From: Candidatus Poribacteria bacterium
Lineage (GTDB): Bacteria > Poribacteria > WGA-4E > WGA-3G
Direction: 5' to 3'
Assembly: GCA_965242965.1 (NCBI GenBank)
Contig: OZ251518.1
Span: forward strand, 4,224,001 to 4,288,000
DNA: 64,000 bases
Below, piece after piece: positions 1 to 8,835 of this stretch (positions are counted from its first letter, which is position 1; each line of letters begins with the position of its first letter). Below the pieces are notes generated by a model. That model had not been told where the DNA came from, did not search any database, and was given only the letters and a program-made list of their open reading frames with translations. The translations under genes were made by a program, and so were the position numbers.

Positions 1-1322
1 AACGCTGCGCGAGTTGTGAGCGAAGACCGGCGGTGATGCGTCACCCTCGGAGGCTCTGCGAGGCGTGCACCCGAAAGTCCGTTACCGGACGCATCGCCAA
101 ACGCAACGTCACCCCTGAGGACTTGCATCACTATTTGCAGGTGCTGCACCCCTGGGCTCCCTCCAGCCAAAACGCTCAAGGGGAATGGTGTCTCCAAGAC
201 TGGAGTTCGCTCTTTGAAACCTATCTAGAGGTTATGGGAAAAGCCGACTGCTATGCGCAGTCTACCGAGCACCTTGAAAAGATTGAGGGGCCCCGAGATC
301 TGGAGGATATCGCCACGGCAAGCAAACCCGGCGGTTTCGTGACATTCATCTACGCAGATGGCAACAACATGGGCAGCTATTTAGAGAATGTTGCAACACC
401 GGCACAGTACCGGCAGTTTTCGGAACGCGTGTTTCTCGCACTCCAGCAAGCGACATTTGACGCATTGGCGGTGCAGCTGACTCCCACTCAAAGGAATCGC
501 CACCCGTTTGAAATTGTCTCCATCGGCGGCGATGATCTGGTGCTAATTGTACCTGGCAGTAAGGCGTTTGAAGTCGTTCATGCTATCGGCGAAAACTTTG
601 ACAGGACGTTTGAGAGCCGCGCCCAGTTTGCTGAAACACTCCGTCCATCGCAACGATATACCCCGAAGGAATGGTTTGATAACCGAGAGATGCAACCCGC
701 GATAAGCCTCTCCCTTGGTTTTGTCATTGCAGCCGAACACACGCCCATTGCGTTCTTGGAGCATCTCGCCGGCAGCCTGCTGAAATCGGCGAAAAAACAA
801 GCGAAGACACTGAAAACACCGGACATCGGATACCTTGGCGGCACCGCGGATTTTCTGGTGCTGAAGTCGCTCTCCATGATTACCAGCGAACTGGGTGATT
901 TCCGGAAGCGGTTCTATCACTTCGGTGAAGAAGAAACGGACGCGCTCACGATGCGTCCCTTCACCTTGCATGAATTGGACGGCTTCATCAAAACAGTGCG
1001 CGCCTTCAAAGACAGCGAATTCCCGCGTTCCCAACTGTATCAACTGCGGCAATCGCTCCACCTCGGCAGGATGACATCAACACTAGAGTATCTCTACTTT
1101 CGCTGTCGGCTAAGCGATGGAAAAGGCGAAACACTGCAACGCGAGTTGGAAGAAAACTGGCAGGGAACTGAAAGAGGCGTGAACTTGGGACCGTGGTATC
1201 CAAAGGGCACGGAGCCGGAACGCTACGAAACGTTGCTGTTGGATCTGATTGAGGCGTATGATTTTATCGCCAGCACCAACGACGAAACGGAGAGGAACGC
1301 TAATGGCAGAAGCATCAATTGA
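1..1322 (+). CDS. cas10: Cas10 (type III large subunit), 5'-truncated by window edge
   Basis: Frame open from position 3 (RCASCE...CEAC Zn finger); Palm2 motifs FIYADGNNMG and SIGGDDL; first gene of a RAMP operon. Confidence 0.93.
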   Translation, partial: RCASCERRPAVMRHPRRLCEACTRKSVTGRIAKRNVTPEDLHHYLQVLHPWAPSSQNAQGEWCLQDWSSLFETYLEVMGKADCYAQSTEHLEKIEGPRDLEDIATASKPGGFVTFIYADGNNMGSYLENVATPAQYRQFSERVFLALQQATFDALAVQLTPTQRNRHPFEIVSIGGDDLVLIVPGSKAFEVVHAIGENFDRTFESRAQFAETLRPSQRYTPKEWFDNREMQPAISLSLGFVIAAEHTPIAFLEHLAGSLLKSAKKQAKTLKTPDIGYLGGTADFLVLKSLSMITSELGDFRKRFYHFGEEETDALTMRPFTLHELDGFIKTVRAFKDSEFPRSQLYQLRQSLHLGRMTSTLEYLYFRCRLSDGKGETLQRELEENWQGTERGVNLGPWYPKGTEPERYETLLLDLIEAYDFIASTNDETERNANGRSIN

Positions 1323-3171
1323 GAAACGGTGGAAAATTACTGCAACCGTTGATACCGCACTCTGTATCGGCGATAGCGGGGTTAGCGACACCTCCGCAGA
1401 CACGACAACCGTGAAGACGAGCGATGGGAGACTTTACATTCCTGCCTCAACCTTCAAGGGCACTTGGCGACACGCCTGTGAGGCAATTGCGCGCGGACAG
1501 GAACACTTCGTCTGCAACAGCCCACGTGCAGAAACGATGTGCGCGGAAGCCCACTGCGTTGTCTGTCAACTCTTCGGAGCACCGACGTTGGCGGCCAAAA
1601 TTTTCCTGAGCGATTTAGCCGCGGCGACAGAATTGGCGGCGCAATCTACCGAAATCCGAAACGGGGTGACTCTCAATCGCCAGCGAAGAACTGCTGAAGA
1701 ACAACGGCTCTATTTCACGGAAACGAGCTTATCCCACGCGGGCATTGCGTTTTCAGGGGATGTCACACTAGCGAATGAAGTTACGGAGGCACAGATTGAA
1801 CTGCTGAAGGCAGGACTTCAGGCCATTCACGCAATAGGAACGGGAAAATCACGCGGGCTCGGTTGGTTGAATATTGAAATTGAACGAGAGGAAAAGGAAA
1901 CTTTCGATGCAGGTTCATCAATAGAACCAGCTCTTTCAGAGGGGTTCACCGAGTTAGCTATTGAAGTCACCCTGCAGTCGCCGATGACTGCGGGTGGGCG
2001 CAAACCAACAGGACAAGCCGTTGAAGCGGTTCAATACGTTCGCGGTGGATTAATCCGCGGTGCTATAGCGAAGGCGTGGCTGGCAGCCCCTGAAAACGGT
2101 GAACCGGACGCTGACTTCCAGCAACTGTTCCTCAGTAACGAAGGCGGTATCTTCCGAAATTGTTATCCCGCCGCAAATGTCTTGCCCGCGACAGCAGTGG
2201 GATGCAAGGATTTCCCGGGGTTCCTCAGCGCAGGCGTTAGCGAAGCACACGGCATTTTTGATACGCTTTTGGAGCAACTCGCCTCGGAACACGCAAATTG
2301 GCTGATATCGCCCAATTGCCCGCATTGCGGCGGGCGCGTGGAAGCACAAACCGGGTTTTATGCACAACGAAACGATGCAACTTATGAACGGAAAACCGTC
2401 AACACTCGGCTGCTCACCCGCGTGGCTATCAACCGACATCGCAAGGTGGCAGAAGAGGGACTGCTCTATCACTTGACAGCCATTGATACGGTAGTAACTG
2501 AAAGCGGAACTGGCCGTTTGCACGGTTCCGCGCGAGTCCCATCACGCCTTGCAAGTCGCGTCGCGGAGACGCTGCAAAAACAGGTGCATCGCCTCGGCGG
2601 TGGCACATCGCGCGGGCTCGGCTGTGTCCACGTGAAGGTGCAACAATGCGAGCATCCCGACGCTTTGGCACAACGCATTCGCGATTTCAACGCCTTGTTG
2701 CAAGAGATATGGGAGGTGTATCGTCACCTCCCATCAGTAGCGATGGAAACGCTGGAAAGCACCTACTTCAGCATCGATTTGCAAGCCGACACACTGCTCA
2801 CTGCCGAAGATGGATGGCAACGCAGTATGGTGCTGAACGCGCCGATGCTGCAACAGATAACGGGATGTAATCTCCCAGTCAAACTCGTGCGCAGTTTCGC
2901 CAGTTACGATTATGTCAGCGGATGGAACGCGGCGTGGGGACTGCCAAAAGAGACAGCACTTGTCACGCGGATGGGGAGTGTCTTTGTGTTTCACACCCCG
3001 GATATTGATGCATGGATGCCGGTATTAAAGACGCTTGAAGAGCAGGGTATCGGCGCGCGGCGAGAAGAAGGGTTCGGGCAGATGTTGGTGTGTGCCCCGT
3101 TCCATCTCCGAACGCGAACAAAGGTTAAATGCGCAGCCCAGTGGCTGGGCAACGCGGAGGAATCGAAATGA
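1303..3171 (+). CDS. csx10: Cas7(Csm3-like)-Csx10/Cas5 RAMP fusion, type III-D
   Basis: N-terminal RAMP (YIPASTFKG, CxxC-LFG, GTGKSRGLG) fused to further RAMP domains (GGLIRGA, GGGTSRGLG, GIGARREEGFG); ATG 1303 overlaps cas10 end. Confidence 0.85.
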   Translation: MAEASIEKRWKITATVDTALCIGDSGVSDTSADTTTVKTSDGRLYIPASTFKGTWRHACEAIARGQEHFVCNSPRAETMCAEAHCVVCQLFGAPTLAAKIFLSDLAAATELAAQSTEIRNGVTLNRQRRTAEEQRLYFTETSLSHAGIAFSGDVTLANEVTEAQIELLKAGLQAIHAIGTGKSRGLGWLNIEIEREEKETFDAGSSIEPALSEGFTELAIEVTLQSPMTAGGRKPTGQAVEAVQYVRGGLIRGAIAKAWLAAPENGEPDADFQQLFLSNEGGIFRNCYPAANVLPATAVGCKDFPGFLSAGVSEAHGIFDTLLEQLASEHANWLISPNCPHCGGRVEAQTGFYAQRNDATYERKTVNTRLLTRVAINRHRKVAEEGLLYHLTAIDTVVTESGTGRLHGSARVPSRLASRVAETLQKQVHRLGGGTSRGLGCVHVKVQQCEHPDALAQRIRDFNALLQEIWEVYRHLPSVAMETLESTYFSIDLQADTLLTAEDGWQRSMVLNAPMLQQITGCNLPVKLVRSFASYDYVSGWNAAWGLPKETALVTRMGSVFVFHTPDIDAWMPVLKTLEEQGIGARREEGFGQMLVCAPFHLRTRTKVKCAAQWLGNAEESK

Positions 3172-3635
3172 GCCGAATAGAACACATTCCAGCGCAGCTG
3201 ACGACGGTGTTAATGGAAAAGGAAATTGGCTTGCGGATGGAAGTGCTTATCCCCAAGATGCAAAAGATGGCGAAAGACTACAACCTGCGCGAGGAACATT
3301 CGCCGTTCCGGAACGTGTTGAATGTCGCCACCGACGCAGCTGGCGGGATTGAGGTAACACAGAATTTTATCCGCTATCAACTCGGACGGAGCGGTGCCAA
3401 CCGGATATGGAGCAGCACCGTCGGCGGCAAAAAATTCGCTGTAGCATTGGTAGAGGCAATTGAAGGTTTACGCGACGAAGCGAAAATCGTCGTTGAGAGA
3501 ATGGGCGCGCATTTGGATACCAAGTTGGATGACGCATGGCTGCAGCGCGTGCATGTCCGCCTCATGCAGCTCTACCTCGGCAACCTCGTCCGTTACCAAG
3601 TGTTTCTGGCGAAGGAAAAAGGAGGAAGGAAGTAA
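3168..3635 (+). CDS. Cas11/Csm2-like small subunit
   Basis: ~155 aa alpha-helical protein (NFIRYQLGR, MQLYLGNLVR) between csx10 and cas7; 4-bp overlap with csx10. Confidence 0.75.
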   Translation: MSRIEHIPAQLTTVLMEKEIGLRMEVLIPKMQKMAKDYNLREEHSPFRNVLNVATDAAGGIEVTQNFIRYQLGRSGANRIWSSTVGGKKFAVALVEAIEGLRDEAKIVVERMGAHLDTKLDDAWLQRVHVRLMQLYLGNLVRYQVFLAKEKGGRK

Positions 3636-4447
3636 TGTTTGACACCTTTCATTCGCGACTCAATCTACAAGGCGAACTTGAAACGCTCACGGCGTTTCGC
3701 ATCGGTGCAGGCCGCTCAACCTCTCCTGTCAGCGCAGATCTGCCTGTCGTGCGCGATGCCGCGAATCTCCCCTACATCCCCGGCTCTAGTTTCAAGGGAG
3801 TGCTCCGTTCTTACGTTGAGAGCGTCATGCGGAGTTTGTCGGCTGAGACGCGCATCGTCTGCAATCCGACGGATAACCAGGTGCAGTGCATCACGTCAAA
3901 CCAGATGCAGAATCTTCGACAGGAGCGTGACAACCACCGATGGGACAGCGCGCGGTTCAGCGAAGAAATCTTGGCGCGAACCTGTTGGGTTTGTCAAGTC
4001 TTCGGTTCGCCTTGGTATGCATCCAAACTTCACATTCGCGACCTGCCCGTCCAGTCATCCCTCTGGTTTGGGCAATATCAGCAACGTGATGGTGTCGCGA
4101 TCGACCGCGATACCGAGACAGCCGCCAACCAGAAACTCTACGGTTACGAAGTCGTTCCAGCCGGCATCCGATTCGACTTTCGCGCCGTTGTTGATAACGC
4201 CGAGGATTGGCAACTCGGCCTGTTGTATACCGGGCTCGCTGCTTTTGAAAACAACCGTTTGACTCTTGGCGGTGGCAGCAGCCGCGGACTCGGGTTAGTC
4301 CACCTATCGCTTGCATCCGAATGCTACATCGACAAACAGCATCTGATGAAGCACCTGACAGCGGGATATGAAGGCGAAGCGGCAGAACGTCAGGCGTGGC
4401 TGCAAGCGTTTCACGCCAAAATCGAACAGCAATTGGAGACGCGGTAA
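3635..4447 (+). CDS. csm3: Cas7/Csm3-family RAMP
   Basis: RIGAG..SADLPVVRD, PYIPGSSFKG, CWVCQVFGS, GVAIDR, LGGGSSRGLG. Confidence 0.9.
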   Translation: MFDTFHSRLNLQGELETLTAFRIGAGRSTSPVSADLPVVRDAANLPYIPGSSFKGVLRSYVESVMRSLSAETRIVCNPTDNQVQCITSNQMQNLRQERDNHRWDSARFSEEILARTCWVCQVFGSPWYASKLHIRDLPVQSSLWFGQYQQRDGVAIDRDTETAANQKLYGYEVVPAGIRFDFRAVVDNAEDWQLGLLYTGLAAFENNRLTLGGGSSRGLGLVHLSLASECYIDKQHLMKHLTAGYEGEAAERQAWLQAFHAKIEQQLETR

Positions 4448-5394
4448 TGCACAAGCGGATTGTCAACCAAGCCACGATTGAACTCGCGATTTCGCCCGTG
4501 GGTCCACTGCTCATCAAAGCGGGCGACCAGGGGGCAGACCCGACGAAACCTGACATGGAGTTCGTTGAAACCTACCACGCGGGGGGCAGGAGCGTCTATC
4601 TCCCCGGGTCATCGCTCAAGGGCGCGATGAGGGCGCACTGCGAACGCATTGTCCGAACCATCGGCGGTGCAAACCCGAATGCAGGAAACGTTTGGACGTG
4701 TAACCCCTTGAAAGAGACAGAACCGTGCCGCAATTTGCAAACGGAGCATCAGGAAGATACCGCTGCTATCTACCGAAATTCATGCACTGTTTGCCAACTC
4801 TTCGGTAGCACCGATATCGCCGCACACGCACGTATCGCCGATGCCTATCCTGTTGAACTAGCCGACATTCAACTGGAAGAACGGAATGGTGTCGCGATCG
4901 ACCGCGTCTACGGTTCAGTAGCCTACGGCCCGTTCAACTTCCAAGTGCTGACAGCCGGCGAATTCATCACTAAAATTATGGTGAAAAACTTCACCACCGC
5001 GCAACTCGCGCTCATCGCCCTGGCTATCCGCGATTTTGCAGAACAGCGGGTTGGACTCGGTTTCGCCAAATCACGTGGGTTAGGACAGGTGAATATGAAA
5101 GTTACGCGCGTGGAAATCCGGTACCCAACTGTCATCGTTGAAGAGGGACAATTGCAAATACTTGGACTCCACCGCGGGCGATTTGGCGACAATTGCCTCA
5201 TCGGTGCCGGCGACTTCGTCAACACGGATGAGCGGCAGGCTTACGGGTTCCCCGAATCCGACACGGTTGAGGCAACCGTGCATGCCCAACCCGATGCAAT
5301 TCTCGGTGCCACTCTCGTTTTTGAGGAACCAGATGCCATCACAGCACTATGGCGAGGCTGTGTGCAGTCTTGGCGGGAAACTGTCAGCCTGTAA
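4447..5394 (+). CDS. Cas7/Csm3-family RAMP
   Basis: YLPGSSLKG, CTVCQLFGS, GVAIDR, LGFAKSRGLG; translationally coupled to the previous gene. Confidence 0.88.
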   Translation: MHKRIVNQATIELAISPVGPLLIKAGDQGADPTKPDMEFVETYHAGGRSVYLPGSSLKGAMRAHCERIVRTIGGANPNAGNVWTCNPLKETEPCRNLQTEHQEDTAAIYRNSCTVCQLFGSTDIAAHARIADAYPVELADIQLEERNGVAIDRVYGSVAYGPFNFQVLTAGEFITKIMVKNFTTAQLALIALAIRDFAEQRVGLGFAKSRGLGQVNMKVTRVEIRYPTVIVEEGQLQILGLHRGRFGDNCLIGAGDFVNTDERQAYGFPESDTVEATVHAQPDAILGATLVFEEPDAITALWRGCVQSWRETVSL

Positions 5395-5395
5395 C

Positions 5396-5417
5396 GGCGG
5401 ATGTCTTCACATCCGCC
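5396..5417 (+). other. Intergenic hairpin within the cas operon
   Basis: GGCGGATGT-CTTC-ACATCCGCC between cas7 and csx19; no U-tract. Confidence 0.45.
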
Positions 5418-5431
5418 CGTGAGGAGAACCG

Positions 5432-5920
5432 ATGGAGAAAGCAATTGTTGCAACCGCGCACGTGCCAGACGTGTCAACGCTCGTAGCGCAAATTGACACG
5501 CTCACGTTCGGCGAACGAACCTATTATCTGCTCCAACGGCCTGATTCCATCTCCGATTGGACAGCCGGCTGTCCTGACACCGCCGAAATTCAAAAATATG
5601 CCCTCGGCCGACTGTTTGGAGAAAACGGCGAACTGCGTTGGCAGAAAATCGATACCGGCTATACGCTACTTTGGCTTTCCGAAGGGGAATTGCCGGCAGG
5701 ATTTGCACCGATGGGGACATGGGAGATGACAAAATCCCCAGACCAGCTGCTACTCGGCGGCGGCGAGACGGAGCCGTGGCGGGATACGCGCATCCCCCGA
5801 AAACTAGCATATCCCATGGCATGGAGTCAGTCGCCAAAGGTGCGGGTAATTCAGTATCGTGACAGAGACTTGCAAACTATCCGGTTCACGCGCTATACCG
5901 GTTTCATTCAGGGAGGTTAA
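5432..5920 (+). CDS. csx19: Csx19-like type III-D subunit
   Basis: 162 aa with GRLFGENGELRW, RIPRKLAYP and a terminal VIQY..TRY pattern; typical position in III-D operons. Confidence 0.75.
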   Translation: MEKAIVATAHVPDVSTLVAQIDTLTFGERTYYLLQRPDSISDWTAGCPDTAEIQKYALGRLFGENGELRWQKIDTGYTLLWLSEGELPAGFAPMGTWEMTKSPDQLLLGGGETEPWRDTRIPRKLAYPMAWSQSPKVRVIQYRDRDLQTIRFTRYTGFIQGG

Positions 5921-5924
5921 AAAC

Positions 5925-6911
5925 ATGGGATACCCCCGACATGGCGGAAGAAGTGGCGGCAGACAGTCTCAGCAGCCAGACCCCAAACCTTTCGACTTCG
6001 TATCCCTGCCCCATCGTGTAGCTCGGAAAAAGCCCATTGGGCATGAACAGTATCACGCGGCACACCTAACAGGCCAGCTGCAAGGCACCCTTGAGGCACT
6101 CTCGCCTCTCCATATCGGCAGCGGTATCATTGAACTGGGGCAGGATGTTGAACTCATCAAAACGGTGGTGCGGACAGGCGGGAGAGTCGTCATACCCGGC
6201 AGCTCCCTCAAAGGGGCGATTCGGAGCATCGCCGAGGCGATTTCGGAGAGCTGCGTTTGCAAAGTCTCACGAGATGCACAACGCGCACTACCTAGAGACT
6301 TTCAGGAATGCAGACAGAAAGAACGCTTGTGCATCGCTTGTCGGATATTCGGTGCGATGGGATTTCAGGGAAACGTTGCAATCCAAGACGCACCCCACAT
6401 TCACGGACAAATCGTCACGGCACAGGTTCCCGAACTCTATCGCCCGCGAATCCGCCGAGGCGCGCGAGACGTGCCAGGGCGCAAATTTTACATGCACGGA
6501 CAAGTCGCCTCGGGCCGAACCCCTGTAGAGGCATGCGATGTCGGTTCCAGGTTCCGATTCATTATGCAGGTAGATAACCTGACGCAAGCGGAGTGGGGAC
6601 TCTTGCTTACAGCCTTAGGCCAACACCCCGACTATCCGTTCAAACTGAAGATGGGCGGAGCTAAGCCAGTCTGCTTCGGTTCAATGGACGTTCAAATAGA
6701 ACAGATCCAACTTGAAGACCAGGCTCGCGACCGGTATTTGGCGTGGGATGTGCGTCCGGAAGCCGCAAAAACCGGCGCGCCGTTGGAAATGTGGATACGC
6801 GACTGCATTGCGCAAGCAGCAGATTCACTCATCGTGCAGGATTTACTGGAAGACCTGGCTCAAATCCTGCGGCACCCAAACCAACGCAACTGCCCATCTG
6901 GGCTCTATTGA
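5925..6911 (+). CDS. Cas7-family RAMP (terminal III-D Cas7)
   Basis: PFDFVSL, SPLHIGSG, IPGSSLKG, CIACRIFG, GRKFY, KMGGAKPVCFG. Confidence 0.88.
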   Translation: MGYPRHGGRSGGRQSQQPDPKPFDFVSLPHRVARKKPIGHEQYHAAHLTGQLQGTLEALSPLHIGSGIIELGQDVELIKTVVRTGGRVVIPGSSLKGAIRSIAEAISESCVCKVSRDAQRALPRDFQECRQKERLCIACRIFGAMGFQGNVAIQDAPHIHGQIVTAQVPELYRPRIRRGARDVPGRKFYMHGQVASGRTPVEACDVGSRFRFIMQVDNLTQAEWGLLLTALGQHPDYPFKLKMGGAKPVCFGSMDVQIEQIQLEDQARDRYLAWDVRPEAAKTGAPLEMWIRDCIAQAADSLIVQDLLEDLAQILRHPNQRNCPSGLY

Positions 6912-6922
6912 GGAAGGCACTG

Positions 6923-7552
6923 ATGCAAACGCAGCAGATGAACGAAAAACTGTGGAAAATCGCCCACAAACTCGCGTTTGATTTAGTTGACTGGGGCACC
7001 GATCCCAATGAACTCGGCAAAGTCATCGCGTTTGTGCGTCGGCACCAAGACGATACCGACGCGAAATCGCGGCTCATGCTGCTGGTGCAGCGGTTGGCGA
7101 GTAGCCGCAACGCGCTTATCCGGAGCCGGCAAACACAGGGATTTTATCAAAATATTCAAGAAGCATTCAGCGAACATCTCCGCGATATCAGCAATCCCGC
7201 TGAAATCCTGCTTATTCTCGGCTGGAGCCTACGGTTGATGCGTTACTATCGTGCGGAACCGACGTTTGCTGTTGAATATGAATTTGAGCCGTCCCCGGTG
7301 AATTCACCTGCGCCGCCTACACCGAAACCGGATCCACCGAAACCGGATCCACCGAAGGTCAAGGCCGGGGACAGGGTAAATGCGACGGTTCTGAAGAAGG
7401 ATGGCTTCAAGGTGACAGTGCGATTAGAGACTGACGCACGCGAAGAAGTCTCCTTTGAAGGTCCTTATTATCCCGGCCTGGTCGGCGCACAAGTTAAGGT
7501 GAGGGTCCAGAGGGTTGATAAGGGCGGTCGGATAACCAAAGTCATTCCGTAG
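6923..7552 (+). CDS. Type III-associated protein: alpha-helical domain, Pro-rich linker, S1/OB-like C-terminus
   Basis: RBS AGGAAGG before ATG 6923; helical region ending ILGWSLRLMRYY; PSPVNSPAPPTPKPDPPKPDPP linker; basic beta-rich tail KVKAGDRVNATV...VKVRVQRV. Confidence 0.7.
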   Translation: MQTQQMNEKLWKIAHKLAFDLVDWGTDPNELGKVIAFVRRHQDDTDAKSRLMLLVQRLASSRNALIRSRQTQGFYQNIQEAFSEHLRDISNPAEILLILGWSLRLMRYYRAEPTFAVEYEFEPSPVNSPAPPTPKPDPPKPDPPKVKAGDRVNATVLKKDGFKVTVRLETDAREEVSFEGPYYPGLVGAQVKVRVQRVDKGGRITKVIP

Positions 7553-7581
7553 AAAATACGCTTGAGTCTGGAGGTAAAGGC

Positions 7582-8832
7582 ATGATTTTTAGAAATGCAG
7601 TTGCTGAAAGGGATGGCATCAATCCGCGCGAGGAACTGGAGAAATTCGTGATCGGTAATCGCGCGCACATTAAACAGAGTCGTGTTAATGAGAAAATCGG
7701 CCATGAGTTAAAATCCTGCGACGAAGATGTTTGGCTCACGGAACTGGTTCGGACTCAGAATCCTTATACTGTTCTTGAGGCATGCTTTGCCTCGGGGCGA
7801 TTGCATAATTTGGCTGCCAACCGCCGCTGGGTTAGTCTTGACTCGGAATATGAAGGACGCGAACTTGTGGGGGAAATTCTAGAGGCGTTGGGCTTTAGAA
7901 AGGAAGTAAAGCCTTCGGGTCTTACGCAAATTCGAGAAGAAATCGATCCGCGCTTGGAACCTGCCGAAGTTGACCCACAACGGTTTGCAGCAGAAGAAGC
8001 CCTTGACTTTGCCGCCGGAATGGGAACAGTCATGGAAGCATTGTTGGATAAATTATTCCGTTTCCATAGCGAAACGTTCCTCCGGCATGCTGAACTAACA
8101 GCGGCGGACATTGACAAACTACGTGATCAGTATCGGCGAACGCGCCCACGAACGCTAGGTCGTTATGTGGGACTCCAGAATGACGAAAAGGGCGATAAAC
8201 GTGGATTTTTGGCAAGACTAATGAAATTTGCAGAAGAAGACGCAGCACTTATCGCCTACTGTGACAGGTACTTTCAGCGGATAGTGCCCTTGGACGAGAG
8301 TGAGATTGCTGCTGTTGGTATGTTCACGATATACCGCAACTGGATTGTCCATAATATATGGGACTGGACCCAATACCCGCGCATCCTAAATAATGCTCAA
8401 ACTAACTTGTTAAGCATGGATGAGGCAACTCGCGGCGAATGGGAGAGAAGTTGGCAGCAGGTAACTGAAGCGGTTGATTGGGCAAAGAAAAACGGGGATC
8501 CCGAACCCGCTCTTCCAAAACGTGAGATGCTCCAAAGGATGGCTGTTTTCTTCAGGGCCTTCCTTAAATCGCTATCCCAAGGAATCTACCCCAAAGTCAT
8601 TGTGATGCAGTCCTACGTCGTCGACAATTATGGAACTCATCAAATTACCGCGGAGGACGATGCAGGAGAGACAGTCTTCCTTACCGACTGTGAATTCGAG
8701 CCATTTACGGAGTTCTACTATCTGGCACATACCAATCTTGTTGGCATTGAACCAATTCTCGTGAGGAAAGATGAACTAGGGAAGTGGGGAATTCAACAGG
8801 ATAGCATGGACGCATCACAGAAGGAGGCTTAA
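7582..8832 (+). CDS. Uncharacterised CRISPR-embedded protein with HEPN-like RxxxxH motif
   Basis: GGAGG RBS; 416 aa; MEALL...TLG...YRNWIVH pattern; beta-rich C-terminus; no recognisable CARF or SAVED domain. Confidence 0.65.
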   Translation: MIFRNAVAERDGINPREELEKFVIGNRAHIKQSRVNEKIGHELKSCDEDVWLTELVRTQNPYTVLEACFASGRLHNLAANRRWVSLDSEYEGRELVGEILEALGFRKEVKPSGLTQIREEIDPRLEPAEVDPQRFAAEEALDFAAGMGTVMEALLDKLFRFHSETFLRHAELTAADIDKLRDQYRRTRPRTLGRYVGLQNDEKGDKRGFLARLMKFAEEDAALIAYCDRYFQRIVPLDESEIAAVGMFTIYRNWIVHNIWDWTQYPRILNNAQTNLLSMDEATRGEWERSWQQVTEAVDWAKKNGDPEPALPKREMLQRMAVFFRAFLKSLSQGIYPKVIVMQSYVVDNYGTHQITAEDDAGETVFLTDCEFEPFTEFYYLAHTNLVGIEPILVRKDELGKWGIQQDSMDASQKEA

Positions 8833-8835
8833 AGC

